DNA of 64,000 nucleotides from a virus (Duplodnaviria; Caudoviricetes): IMG/VR virus record IMGVR_UViG_3300032270_001200, positions 1 to 64,000 of that record; one strand, 5' to 3'. Shown piece by piece: positions 1 to 9,599 of this stretch (position 1 is its first letter; each line of letters starts with the position of its first letter). The notes under the pieces were generated by a model. It saw only the letters and a program-made list of their open reading frames with translations, ran no database searches and was not told where the DNA came from. The position numbers and the translations under genes were made by a program.

Positions 1-1997
1 CAACCAATGAACCAACTGGTCATGAAAACAAAGATAATAGCCAAATATCTTTTAATAATAATAACCGCAGGTTCTACATACAGCCAGGTGGTATAAACTC
101 GGCCGCAAGCCATGTTGTCTGGTGTGCAGGCAAGAAGTTTGTTAAATCTGCAAATGAATATGTAGAAATACCAAACACTACTGGAATATATTATATTTAT
201 TATAATTCAAGTGGAACTTTGAGCTACAAGACTTCTTTCTTTGACTTAGAAAATGAAGCTCCAATTTCTTATATATATTGGAACTCTACAGTAGCAGAAG
301 CTGTATTCTTTGCTGATGAACGCCATGGAATTACAATGGACTGGGCAACTCATGAGTATCTACACAGAACACGTGGCGCAGCAATAGCTTCCGGCTTTGG
401 TGCATCTGGTTATGTTTTAGATGGAAACGGAACAAGCAACACACATGCTCAAATGAGTTTGGTTGGTGGAACTTTTTATGATGAAGATTTGCAAGTTGAT
501 ATTGTACATTCAGCAACTCCAACATCTGATACTTGGGAACAGAGATTAGAAAATGGCGCGTACATACCAGTCTATTACCATTCTGGTTCCAATGGCGGTT
601 GGATAAAAGACGCTGCAACACAATATCCATTGAAGTACAACGCAAGAGCCAAGTATAACCAATATACTGGTGGCTCTTGGACTACTACAGACATTGACAA
701 TAATCGATGGGGCGTTTCATGGATAGTGGCTACCAATAACCTAAATGAACCAGTACTTGCAATTCTTGGACAAAATAGTTATACCTCTAAAAACAATGCA
801 GAAGACGCAACATGGGAAGATCTCAATTTAGATGGCTTTCCAATATTTGAGTTTAGACCACTTTATAAGATAATTTACTACACATCAAATACTTATACGA
901 ATACTCCAAAAACATCATTTATAAGTATTTGGGATCTTAGAAGAATAATATCTTCTGGTAGCGCTATACCAACTACTCCAGTTTCAGATCACGGTTCGAT
1001 GAGTGGTCTTGGTGATGATGATCACGCACAATATCTAAACACTGCTAGACATGATGAGCTTGACCATACTACAGCATTAGGAACAGCTTCTATAACTGAT
1101 TTAGGCGATGTAGCAATAACTGGCGCAACACCAGATCAATTCTTAAAGTGGGATGGATCTAATTGGATTAATGCGGACATACCACAGATTAATACTCTCG
1201 ATGATGTTGGCGATGTATCTGCAACTGGAGCATCTGCTAACAGCGTTCTGGTGTACAACGGATCAGCTTGGGTAAGTACAATCAATCCTGTAATTGGTGG
1301 AAACTTAACTGCAAATGGAAACTTAACTGCAAATGGAAACTTAACAGTAAGTGGCAATTTAATAGTTCAAGGAAACACTGTAACTTTAAATACCGAAACT
1401 TTAACGGTTGAAGATAAAAATATCATAATGGGTTCAGTGACAACGAATGCCGCTGCAGACGGTGGCGGAATAACTTTAATTGGTTCCACTAACAAATCAA
1501 TTAGCTGGACGAACTCAACTTCATCTTGGACTTCATCAGAAAATATAGATTTGGCTTCTGGTAAAGTTATTAAAATAAATGGAACTGAAGTACTTTCTGT
1601 AACCAATTACACTGGACAAGCCGCAACAGTTGCTGCCAACTCTGTGAGTCCAACAGTGCTGCAAGAAGGACCTGCAAGAGCTGGATTCAGATCACAGATA
1701 AATGCACAAACAACTACTCCGTACACCTTAGTGGCTACAGACTTAGGCAAACTCATAACAATGAATGCCTCGACCGGAATGACACTCACTATACCAGCAA
1801 ATACCTCTGTACCATTTACCATAGGTGACAGAGTTGATGTTGTCCAAATTGGAACAGGAGCTCTTGAAATTGCGGCAGCTCCAGGTGTTAACGTTAATGC
1901 AACTCCTGGACTTAAGCTACGCACGCAATGGTCATCTGCTACAATGGTAAAGATCAATACTGATCAATGGATTGTAATGGGTGACCTAAAGGCTTAA
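1..1997 (+). CDS. Tail fibre/virion structural protein (5'-partial)
   Basis: Frame 3 is open from the window start (TNEPTGHENK...) into the 219..1997 ORF. It has LxDLGDV...LKWDGSNW fibre repeats, a TLNTETLTVEDKNI module and a C-terminal YTLVATDLGKLITMN...KLRTQWSSAT domain shared with 9600..11594. Confidence 0.8.
   Translation, partial: TNEPTGHENKDNSQISFNNNNRRFYIQPGGINSAASHVVWCAGKKFVKSANEYVEIPNTTGIYYIYYNSSGTLSYKTSFFDLENEAPISYIYWNSTVAEAVFFADERHGITMDWATHEYLHRTRGAAIASGFGASGYVLDGNGTSNTHAQMSLVGGTFYDEDLQVDIVHSATPTSDTWEQRLENGAYIPVYYHSGSNGGWIKDAATQYPLKYNARAKYNQYTGGSWTTTDIDNNRWGVSWIVATNNLNEPVLAILGQNSYTSKNNAEDATWEDLNLDGFPIFEFRPLYKIIYYTSNTYTNTPKTSFISIWDLRRIISSGSAIPTTPVSDHGSMSGLGDDDHAQYLNTARHDELDHTTALGTASITDLGDVAITGATPDQFLKWDGSNWINADIPQINTLDDVGDVSATGASANSVLVYNGSAWVSTINPVIGGNLTANGNLTANGNLTVSGNLIVQGNTVTLNTETLTVEDKNIIMGSVTTNAAADGGGITLIGSTNKSISWTNSTSSWTSSENIDLASGKVIKINGTEVLSVTNYTGQAATVAANSVSPTVLQEGPARAGFRSQINAQTTTPYTLVATDLGKLITMNASTGMTLTIPANTSVPFTIGDRVDVVQIGTGALEIAAAPGVNVNATPGLKLRTQWSSATMVKINTDQWIVMGDLKA
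1299..1345 (+). repeat. 18-bp in-frame tandem repeat (GNLTAN, about 2.6 copies)
   Basis: ggaaacttaactgcaaat occurs exactly twice, plus a partial copy. Confidence 0.85.
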
Positions 1998-2015
1998 CTC
2001 TATGATAGTTGTTCC

Positions 2016-2804
2016 ATGAACACAAAAGAATTTTATGATGAAAACGGTTATGTAATCCTTAAAAAGGTTATATCCGACGAACTAATTGCTAAATACGAAA
2101 AAGTATGGATGCAACATGTTGCAGACCGCAAGAATGAGCGTGGAAGCCTTGAAGGTTGGGGCGATGACTTTGATGTCTATTTGGATCACCCTGAAATTAT
2201 GGACATTCTTTGTCATGACGCTATTGCAAAAACTTTTGTGGACGTAAATAAAGCCGTAGCCCTCCATAAGAATGTGACTTATTTTGTCTCTACTGAACAG
2301 GGCTGGCACCAAGATGCTGCGTTTGCCCTTAGGGAAGCTGGTGAAAATTATCAAGGATCATGGGTGGCATTAGAAGATATTAGCCCAGAGGCTGGTCCAT
2401 TTGAATTTATTCCCGGTTCACACAACTGGGATTGTGACTTAACTTTTTTGTATCCAGATATTAAAGATGAAGCAGCACAGGTAAGAGATGGAGTTTCTTC
2501 CCATGATTTTTTCCAAAATGAAATAGATAAGCGTGGAGCTGAAATTGTTTCGTTTATTGCTGAAAAAGGCGATGTGATAATCTGGCATGGACATCTTGTC
2601 CATAGGGGAGCAATGCCAAAAAATAGAGGCATAACCAGAAAGTCACTTATTGGCCATTATTGTAATCTTTTTGCAGATACAAGCGTTATTGCAGATGATA
2701 AACAATGGTATGAACAATCAGAAAAAGTAAGAGATCAAATGGTTTCTGAACACGCAGATATTTTCAGCAAGTGGGGCGAAGGAATATACTTTAAAGCCCC
2801 ATAG
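2016..2804 (+). CDS. Phytanoyl-CoA dioxygenase (PhyH)-family Fe(II)/2OG oxygenase
   Basis: FYDENGYVIL start, WHQD iron motif, WVALED...GPFEFIPGSH, GDVIIWHGHLVHRG and a distal Arg. Confidence 0.88.
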   Translation: MNTKEFYDENGYVILKKVISDELIAKYEKVWMQHVADRKNERGSLEGWGDDFDVYLDHPEIMDILCHDAIAKTFVDVNKAVALHKNVTYFVSTEQGWHQDAAFALREAGENYQGSWVALEDISPEAGPFEFIPGSHNWDCDLTFLYPDIKDEAAQVRDGVSSHDFFQNEIDKRGAEIVSFIAEKGDVIIWHGHLVHRGAMPKNRGITRKSLIGHYCNLFADTSVIADDKQWYEQSEKVRDQMVSEHADIFSKWGEGIYFKAP

Positions 2805-2839
2805 ATAGGTTTAACATAGTAGTTAAAAACAAATTTTTA

Positions 2840-2847
2840 TTACTATA
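2840..2847 (+). promoter_or_regulatory. TTACTATA motif, putative phage late promoter
   Basis: The same octamer recurs in intergenic DNA 26-47 nt upstream of the starts at 2874, 4190, 9600, 16112, 23898 and 27968. Confidence 0.65.
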
Positions 2848-2873
2848 CCTATATATCGTAAAGGATTAGTTTT

Positions 2874-3486
2874 ATGACAGTTCCAATAGGCAGCTCTGGT
2901 GGTTCAAGGCGCAACAACAAGCCTGCTATAAGCTCACGGCACCACTGCATCAAACGCTAATACAGCCATAACTAGTTTAGGTTTTGTGGTAGGAACTGTA
3001 TCTACAACTAGCACGGGAGATCCAAGTCTCCAAGATAAATTAATATCTGCAGTTACAGATACATCAATCTCAGTTTTAGGTACAACAATTAGCTATTCTA
3101 TTCACAGTCCATTTTTTCCACCGTATTTCCCACCATATTTCCCACCATCATTTTGTTCGTGCGGAGCATGCAGTTGGCAGGGATTATACTCATGTGATGG
3201 ACAGATGCGATATCAGTACTGGACATGCGGATGTGTAGGCTGCCCCGGTGAAGGTGGATACAATGGAGCGTATGTCGATGGATACTGTGGATATACAGCA
3301 CCTCCAGATCCATGCGCCGGGTATTCGTGCACTTCATCACCCGACTGTTTTAAATATAGCTTTACTGACGTTTCAGCTAACTCAGCAAACTGTCCATTTA
3401 ACACTGCATGCTATTTGGCTTATGGTGACTGTAATTGTAATTGCCCGGCAAACACTGCATACCAGATATTCTGTGGATCTTGTTAA
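2874..3486 (+). CDS. PASTA-like / FPPY-repeat / Cys-rich virion-associated protein; needs a +1 shift at CGG 2937 (about 203 aa)
   Basis: ATG 2874 follows AAGGA. The 0-frame stops at 2958-2960. Skipping C2937 joins it to ORF 2986..3486 and gives KPAISS-G-TTASNANTAITSLGFVVG, which aligns with paralog 11596..12034. Confidence 0.75.
2937..2940 (+). other. Candidate +1 recoding site TCA-CGG-C
   Basis: In-frame CGG at codon 22. A +1-frame TAA at 2929 and a 0-frame TAA at 2958 confine the shift to 2932-2957. Confidence 0.75.
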
Positions 3487-3513
3487 GGATAACTAGTATT
3501 TCATCTAACCAAG

Positions 3514-3522
3514 TGCTATAAT
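3514..3522 (+). promoter_or_regulatory. Extended -10 promoter (TGCTATAAT)
   Basis: TGnTATAAT consensus in intergenic DNA upstream of 3552. Confidence 0.65.
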
Positions 3523-3551
3523 TAGATTAATTATTAAAAAGGAAAACAAAA

Positions 3552-3818
3552 ATGAATGAAATGATACCAGCAAGCGAAATGCCAGATATGAGTGGATTTC
3601 CAACTTTCTTATTTGTAATTGATGGAGAAATTGCAGATATACAGGTGATAAGACAGCATGAAGCAACGGAAAGAAGAATAGCAGTATTATCATCTGATCC
3701 AAAGGTCTATGTTTTGGAAGGTGGTTTTCCTGGTGATGAATTTATTCCTCGAATTGGTTCAGAATGGCCGCCAATGGCAGCCTATAATCCAAACGTTCCA
3801 CCACCGTCAGCTTCATAA
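3552..3818 (+). CDS. Hypothetical protein
   Basis: 88-aa ORF with an AAGGA Shine-Dalgarno and an upstream promoter. Confidence 0.7.
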   Translation: MNEMIPASEMPDMSGFPTFLFVIDGEIADIQVIRQHEATERRIAVLSSDPKVYVLEGGFPGDEFIPRIGSEWPPMAAYNPNVPPPSAS

Positions 3819-3834
3819 TTTTTGGGTCGATTTC

Positions 3835-4095
3835 ATGACACCATGGCAAGAATATAAGGCTAAGCTGGGTCTTCCAATGGAAGCACTTAAAGCTAAATTG
3901 GGCGAGACTCGTCCTTGGGATATGCTAAATCCAAATGCGCCTAGAGCAACAGAGCAAAAAGCAAAAGAGCGAATTGACGAATGCCTAAAATGCGATAGGT
4001 TAATTCCTGTAACACACCAGTGTAAAGAGTGTGGGTGTTTTATGAATCTAAAAGTAAAGTTAGAATTAGCTACTTGCCCACTTGGCAAATGGTGA
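3835..4095 (+). CDS. Small Cys-rich metal-binding protein (CxxC...CxxCGC...CPLGKW; DUF6171-like)
   Basis: ATG 3835 is in the frame of ORF 3709..4095. Motifs CLKC, CKECGCFM and CPLGKW are common in aquatic phages. Confidence 0.75.
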   Translation: MTPWQEYKAKLGLPMEALKAKLGETRPWDMLNPNAPRATEQKAKERIDECLKCDRLIPVTHQCKECGCFMNLKVKLELATCPLGKW

Positions 4096-4145
4096 TTGTT
4101 AAATAAAAAATATTACTTTTCACTTATTTAATATTTATGATATCA

Positions 4146-4153
4146 TTACTATA
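4146..4153 (+). promoter_or_regulatory. TTACTATA putative late promoter
   Basis: Recurrent intergenic octamer upstream of ATG 4190. Confidence 0.65.
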
Positions 4154-4189
4154 TATCAAGAACTAGTTTAAAATAGGAAGAGGAACCTG

Positions 4190-7100
4190 ATGGCTTATAG
4201 TGGATCTAAATTTGCGGTAAATAACACACTCTTGCTCAGGAGATCAGACGAAACTGGAGTTGCTCCAAGTACGCTGGCTGAAGGTGAATTAGCAATCAAC
4301 GTTGTTGATGGTAAGCTTTTTTACAAAAATAAAACAGCAAACGCAGTAATACGGAGTTAATTTAATTTCCAATGTTGTTGGCACTGCAAACCAAGTCTCA
4401 GTAACATCTAACGCTACTTCTGGAGTTTACACTCTAAGTCTTCCATCTACAATACAGACTACTCAGGCAAATGTTTCAACACTTTTTGTAGATGGCATAG
4501 AAATTGATACAACTGGCGCCACCACCAATCAAGTTCTAAAATTTGATGGAACTAAGTTTGCTCCTGGCACAGACACTGGTTTAGCTGGAACTGTAAGTGT
4601 TTCCACCATAGGCGATGGCACTACTACTAGCTTTACAATTAACCATAATCTTGGAACACGTGACGTTGTAGTCGTTGCGCGCAATGCTGCAAGCCCATAT
4701 GAAGTTATCGATGTCCGTTGGGAAGCCACTACAACTGGAACAGTTACTTTAGATTTTTCAGCTGCACCGTCTTCTAACTCAGTAAGAGTTGGTGTTTATG
4801 CAGCAGTTGCTGGCAGCACCATTAATACAACATTGGCTGCTCAGACAGATGTTACTTTATCTACACCTGCTAATGGCGACTTCCTTCGTTATAACGGAAG
4901 TGTTTGGATTAACGACGCAGTAAACTTAACCACTGACACTATTGGCGACTATGTTTCTAGCTTAGTAGCTGGAACTGGAATCACCCTTTCCAATAACACT
5001 GGAGAAGGTTCTACCCCAACCATAGCCGTAACAACTAATACCTATGATGCTTATGGAGCAGCTTCATCTGCACAAACTGCAGCACAGAACTATGCAGCAA
5101 ATCTAGTTGCAAACGTAGCAACTTCATTTGAAGTTGCGGGTGATTCTGGTACAAGCAAGACAATTACTTCTGGTTCAGACACACTTAGTATTTTTGGTGG
5201 AACTGGTTTAACATCAGTAACCTCTAATACAGATACTATTACAATCAATCTTGACAATACAGCAGTAACTGGCGGTTCATACGGTAATGCAAACACCGCA
5301 GCTACCTTCACTGTAGATGCTCAAGGCCGTTTGACCGCAGCTTCACAAAATGCAATTAGCATTCTTGCCAGTCAGGTTTCAGACTTTAGTGCCAATACCA
5401 GAGCACAAATAAGCGTAGCTGGAGATCTTGCTTACAACTCAACTACTGGTGTGATTAGTTTTACAAATGATGCTGGAGATATCGAATCAGTCACAGCAGG
5501 AACTGGCCTTACTGGTGGTGGCACATCTGGTGCAGTTACTCTAACCCTTGCTAACACAGCTGTTACAGCTGGTTCATACGGTGGAGCTGGAACTGTTGGA
5601 ACATTTACGGTTGATGCACAAGGTCGCCTAACTGCTGCAGGAAATACTACAATTTCAGTAACAGCTTCACAGATTAGCGATAGAGGTACAAACCTTGTCA
5701 CTGGCTTGACAGGAACTGCTGGTGAAATTACAGTTTCTAACTCTGGTGTTGGCGCGGTGACTCTTAGTCTTCCAGCTAACGTCACGATTAGCAACAACCT
5801 TGTTGTTACTGGTAACTTGACAGTTAGCGGCAATGTAACAACTGTTAACACAGAGCAGTTAGATGTAGAAGATAATATTATTACATTAAACTCTGGCGTA
5901 ACTAGTGCCCCAACATTAAATGCTGGTTTAGAAATTAACAGAGGAACATCAACAGATGTGTCTATTCTCTGGAATGAAACTACAGATAAGTGGACTTTTA
6001 CAAATGATGGAACTAACTATGCTAACTTTGGAGATGTAACTGCAGCTGCTCTTATAGCAGCTGCTGGTGGTGACGGAACCGCAGGACAAGCTCTTACAAC
6101 TAATGGTTCTGGAGTATTAGACTTCACGACAATTGTTGGTACAACGGAAGCTTCAATTATTTCAGCAGTAGGTGCTGACGGAGCTAATGGCGCAGTACTG
6201 ATGACCAATGGTGCTGGGGATCTTTCGTTCACTACTCTAACAGCAGCAAAGATTTCAGACTTCACTGCCAACACGAGAGCACAGATCAGTGTTGCAGGCG
6301 ATTTGGCCTACAATAGCACAACTGGTGTTATCAGCTTTACGAATGACGCTGGTGATATTGAGTCGGTTACTGCAGGAACTGGTCTTAGCGGTGGTGGCAC
6401 TTCAGGTGCAGTCACTCTTAACCTGGCCTCGACAGCCGTCACAGCTGGTTCATACGGAAACGCAAGTACAGTTCCAAACTATACAGTAGACGCACAAGGT
6501 CGTTTAACAGCCGCAGCTAATACCGCAATCAGCATTCTTGCTAGTCAAGTTTCAGATTTCCAAGGAAACGTTAGAGCACAAGTTAGTGGTTCAGGTAACT
6601 TAGCTTACAACTCAAGCACTGGTGTTTTCAGTCTTACTAATGATGGCGCAGACATTACAGCAGTCACAGCAGGAACAGGACTTACTGGTGGTGGCACTTC
6701 TGGAGCAGTTACCTTAGATCTTGCTAGCACTACAGTAGCAGCTGGATCTTACGGCGCAGCAGGCACTGTTGCTACTTTCACTGTAGATGCTCAGGGACGT
6801 TTGACAGCAGCTGCTAATTCGACAATCTCAGTAACCGCCTCACAGATCAGTGATAGGGCTACAAACCTCGTAACTGGTTTGACGGGTACTGCAAATGAAA
6901 TTACAGTATCGAACTCTGGCGTTGGGGCAGTAACCCTTAGTCTCCCAGCTAACGTTACGATTTCTAATAACCTTACCGTTACAGGTAACTTTACAGTTAA
7001 TGGCAATGTTACAACTCTTAATACTGAAACTTTAGCTGTTGAAGATAATATTATTGTTCTTAATAATAATGTCACAGGAACACCAGCCCTCAACGCTGGA

Positions 7101-8003
7101 ATTGAAGTTGAGCGCGGGACTTCAAATAATGTTCAACTGCGTTGGGACGAATCAACAGACAAGTGGCAGTTTACAAATGATGGAACTACCTATGTCAATA
7201 TTGCTAGCAACGCAGACATTGCAAACGTAGCAACATCGTTTACGGTTGCTGGTGACTCTGGATCAAGCCAAACAATTAGCTCGGGTACCGATACTTTAAC
7301 GATATCTGGTGGCACTGGACTTACCTCTGTTGCAAGCGCAACTGACACGATCACCTTGAACCTCGATAGCACAGCCGTAACAGCTGGTAGCTATGGTAGC
7401 TCGTCTTCAGTAGGAACATTCACCGTAGACGCTCAGGGACGCCTCACAGCAGCTTCTAACTCGTCTATCTCGATTACTGCCAGTCAGGTCTCAGACTTCA
7501 CTGAGGCAGCTCAGGACGCCGTAGAAGGCGCGATAACGGCAGGTACGGGTGTAACCAAGGCCTATAACGATGGAGCTAATACAATTAGCCTTTCAATTGG
7601 TCAGGACGTTGCCACCAGTGCAGCAGTTACCTTTGGTAGCGTAGCAACTGGAGCAATAACACTTGATTCTGGAACTGGTGAACTCAACACTTCGACTCAG
7701 CTTGTCACTGTGAACACGGTCACAACAGTTGACAGCTTTGACAAGGCAACTTACAGAACAGCTAAGTACCTTATTCAAGTAACCCAGGGATCAAAGTATA
7801 CGACTTCAGAAGTATTGCTTGTTCATGATGGAACTGATTCTTACCTGTCGGAATATGCAGTAATTGAGCTTGGCGGAACAGTCATTCCTTTAACCGTATC
7901 AACTTCGATTTCTGCATCAAATGTGTTGCTAAGAGTGACAATTACAAACGCAGCATCAACAAATGCTACCGTCAAAGTTGCAAGAACACTTATAGCAGTG
8001 TGA
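4190..8003 (+). CDS. Long tail fibre protein with T4 gp37-like N-terminal module; needs a +1 shift at CGG 4352 (about 1270 aa)
   Basis: ATG 4190 follows AGGAAGAGGA and encodes RRS...LAEGELAINVVDGKLFYKN. The 0-frame stops at 4358. The +1 frame is open from 4350 through ORF 4833..8003, which has VTAGSYG...TVDAQGRLTAA fibre repeats. Confidence 0.8.
4352..4355 (+). other. Candidate +1 recoding site ATA-CGG-A
   Basis: A +1-frame TAA at 4347-4349 and a 0-frame TAA at 4358-4360 confine the shift to 8 nt (TACGGAGT). Confidence 0.8.
5379..7200 (+). repeat. Internal module duplications in the tail fibre gene
   Basis: SDFxANTRAQISVAGDLAYNSTTGVISFTNDAGDIESVTAGTG occurs at about 5379 and 6255, with a variant at about 6552. 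The NLVTGLTGT...FTNDGT block occurs twice. Protein is conserved while synonymous sites have diverged. Confidence 0.8.
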
Positions 8004-8009
8004 TATAAT
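8001..8009 (+). promoter_or_regulatory. Extended -10 promoter (TGATATAAT)
   Basis: Consensus match overlapping the preceding stop codon, upstream of 8073. Confidence 0.55.
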
Positions 8010-8072
8010 TATATAAGTTTTACAATTTAATAATTAAAATTAAATTCTAAACTAGAGGGACAGTGAACTTTA

Positions 8073-8684
8073 GTGGCAGACAGAGATTTTGTAATCAAGA
8101 ATGGCTTAGTTGTTGGCGACACCGCCACGATCAATGGCGTACAAATTGATCCATCTGGCGCTACTTCTGGTAAAGTATTAAAATTTGATGGCACTAAATT
8201 TGCACCTGCTTCAGAAGGTGATATTAGTGGCACAGTCTACAGTGCAACCATAGGCGATGGAACAAATTCAAGCTATGTAATCACACATGGATTTGGAACA
8301 AGAAACGTTGTTGTAGTAATCAGAAACGCTGCATCACCATACGAAGTAATTAATGCTCGTTGGGAAGCTACAACTACAAACTCAATTACAGTTGACTTTA
8401 GCTCACCAGTTACCTCTGATTCCATTGCAGTTTCGATATATGCTGCGGTAACAGGAAATTTAATAGTTTCATATAAAGAAACAATTGGCAATGGTACAGA
8501 TTCCACTTACATAGTGAACCACCCTTTAAGCACAAGGGACGTTGTTGTTTCTGTAAGAAATGCAAATTCACCTTATGAGTCAATAGATGTTAGATGGGAA
8601 GCTACTACAACGAGTGCAGTAACATTTGACTTTTCTGCACCATTGGCCAATAATTCCGTTAGAGTAGGTATTGTCGCTATATAA
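8073..8684 (+). CDS. Fibre-associated structural protein with two beta-sandwich-like repeats
   Basis: Two IGxGT..Y...HxxxTRxVVV..RNAxSPYE.I..RWEATTT units. A third copy lies in the recoded part of 4190..8003 (about 4600-4810). Confidence 0.75.
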   Translation: MADRDFVIKNGLVVGDTATINGVQIDPSGATSGKVLKFDGTKFAPASEGDISGTVYSATIGDGTNSSYVITHGFGTRNVVVVIRNAASPYEVINARWEATTTNSITVDFSSPVTSDSIAVSIYAAVTGNLIVSYKETIGNGTDSTYIVNHPLSTRDVVVSVRNANSPYESIDVRWEATTTSAVTFDFSAPLANNSVRVGIVAI

Positions 8685-8695
8685 GTATTTGGGAT

Positions 8696-8724
8696 TTGAC
8701 AACTATCTTTGTATAGGCTACTAT
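8696..8724 (+). promoter_or_regulatory. Sigma-A-type promoter TTGACA-N17-TACTAT, probably leaderless
   Basis: Perfect -35 with a 17-nt spacer. ATG 8731 lies 6 nt after the -10 and has no Shine-Dalgarno. Confidence 0.7.
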
Positions 8725-8730
8725 TTTTCT

Positions 8731-9537
8731 ATGCCTGTAGAAGAACAACAAATCAACATAACAATCCCTAAAGAAAAGCTCGAACAATGGAATGTATTTT
8801 TTGCACTTCCTTGTTATGACTCACATGTAACAGAGCCTTTTATGATGAGCTTTTTACAAGCTTGTCTCTATTTTAAAGAGATTGGTTTAAAGTATTCAGT
8901 CTGCACAATTTCAGATTCTTTGATTAACCGCGCAAGAAATAATCTTGTTGCTAAGTTCATGGGCAGTCCAGACTTTACCCACATGGTATTTATAGATGTC
9001 GATCTTCAATTTGACAAAGAAGCTATATTAAAACTTTTGTGGCATGATAAAGATGTTATGACTGCGTCTTACCCAATCAAAGAAATTAATTGGGATAAAG
9101 TAAAAGAAGGTGCACAAGCAGATATGCCAGCTCAAGACCTCATGGAATATGCCAGCAGATATGTAGTGCATATGACAAAGCCAGGTGAGAATCAATTAAA
9201 TATTGATAACGGAGCAATCGAATGTTATGAAGCCGGGACTGGCTTTATGCTTATTAAGCGTCAAGTATTTGATAAGATGTTTAAAAAGTATAAAAAGCTC
9301 AAGTACAAAGACGACACAGGTGCTTTGATTGGTGCGGAAGCAGAAAATGCTTACGCCTTATTCAATTCTTATGTAGATGATGACGGTAGATTCTTGTCTG
9401 AAGATTATGGGTTCTGTCGTTACTGGCAGAAAATGGGTGGAAAAATTTGGGTAGATCCAACAATCAATTTGACCCACTTTGGCAGAGTTAAGTATGTTGG
9501 AAAAATGCTTGAATTTTTAAAGAGAATAACACAATAA
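8731..9537 (+). CDS. GT-A-fold glycosyltransferase-like protein
   Basis: SLINRARNNLV, FIDVD (DxD), GTGFMLIKR and LSEDYGFC...GGKIWVDP...LTHFG. Start moved to ATG 8731. Confidence 0.8.
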   Translation: MPVEEQQINITIPKEKLEQWNVFFALPCYDSHVTEPFMMSFLQACLYFKEIGLKYSVCTISDSLINRARNNLVAKFMGSPDFTHMVFIDVDLQFDKEAILKLLWHDKDVMTASYPIKEINWDKVKEGAQADMPAQDLMEYASRYVVHMTKPGENQLNIDNGAIECYEAGTGFMLIKRQVFDKMFKKYKKLKYKDDTGALIGAEAENAYALFNSYVDDDGRFLSEDYGFCRYWQKMGGKIWVDPTINLTHFGRVKYVGKMLEFLKRITQ

Positions 9538-9553
9538 TTTTTTAGTTTGCCCA

Positions 9554-9561
9554 TTACTATA
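9554..9561 (+). promoter_or_regulatory. TTACTATA putative late promoter
   Basis: Recurrent octamer upstream of 9600. Confidence 0.65.
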
Positions 9562-9599
9562 TTCCTAGTTGATTTTAATGAATTTACACTAGGAGTAAC

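Noticed and set aside
5379-7200. Diversity-generating retroelement TR/VR pair or invertible fibre cassette
   Set aside because: The repeats are in-frame protein modules with synonymous divergence rather than adenine-specific changes. No reverse transcriptase or recombinase is in the window.
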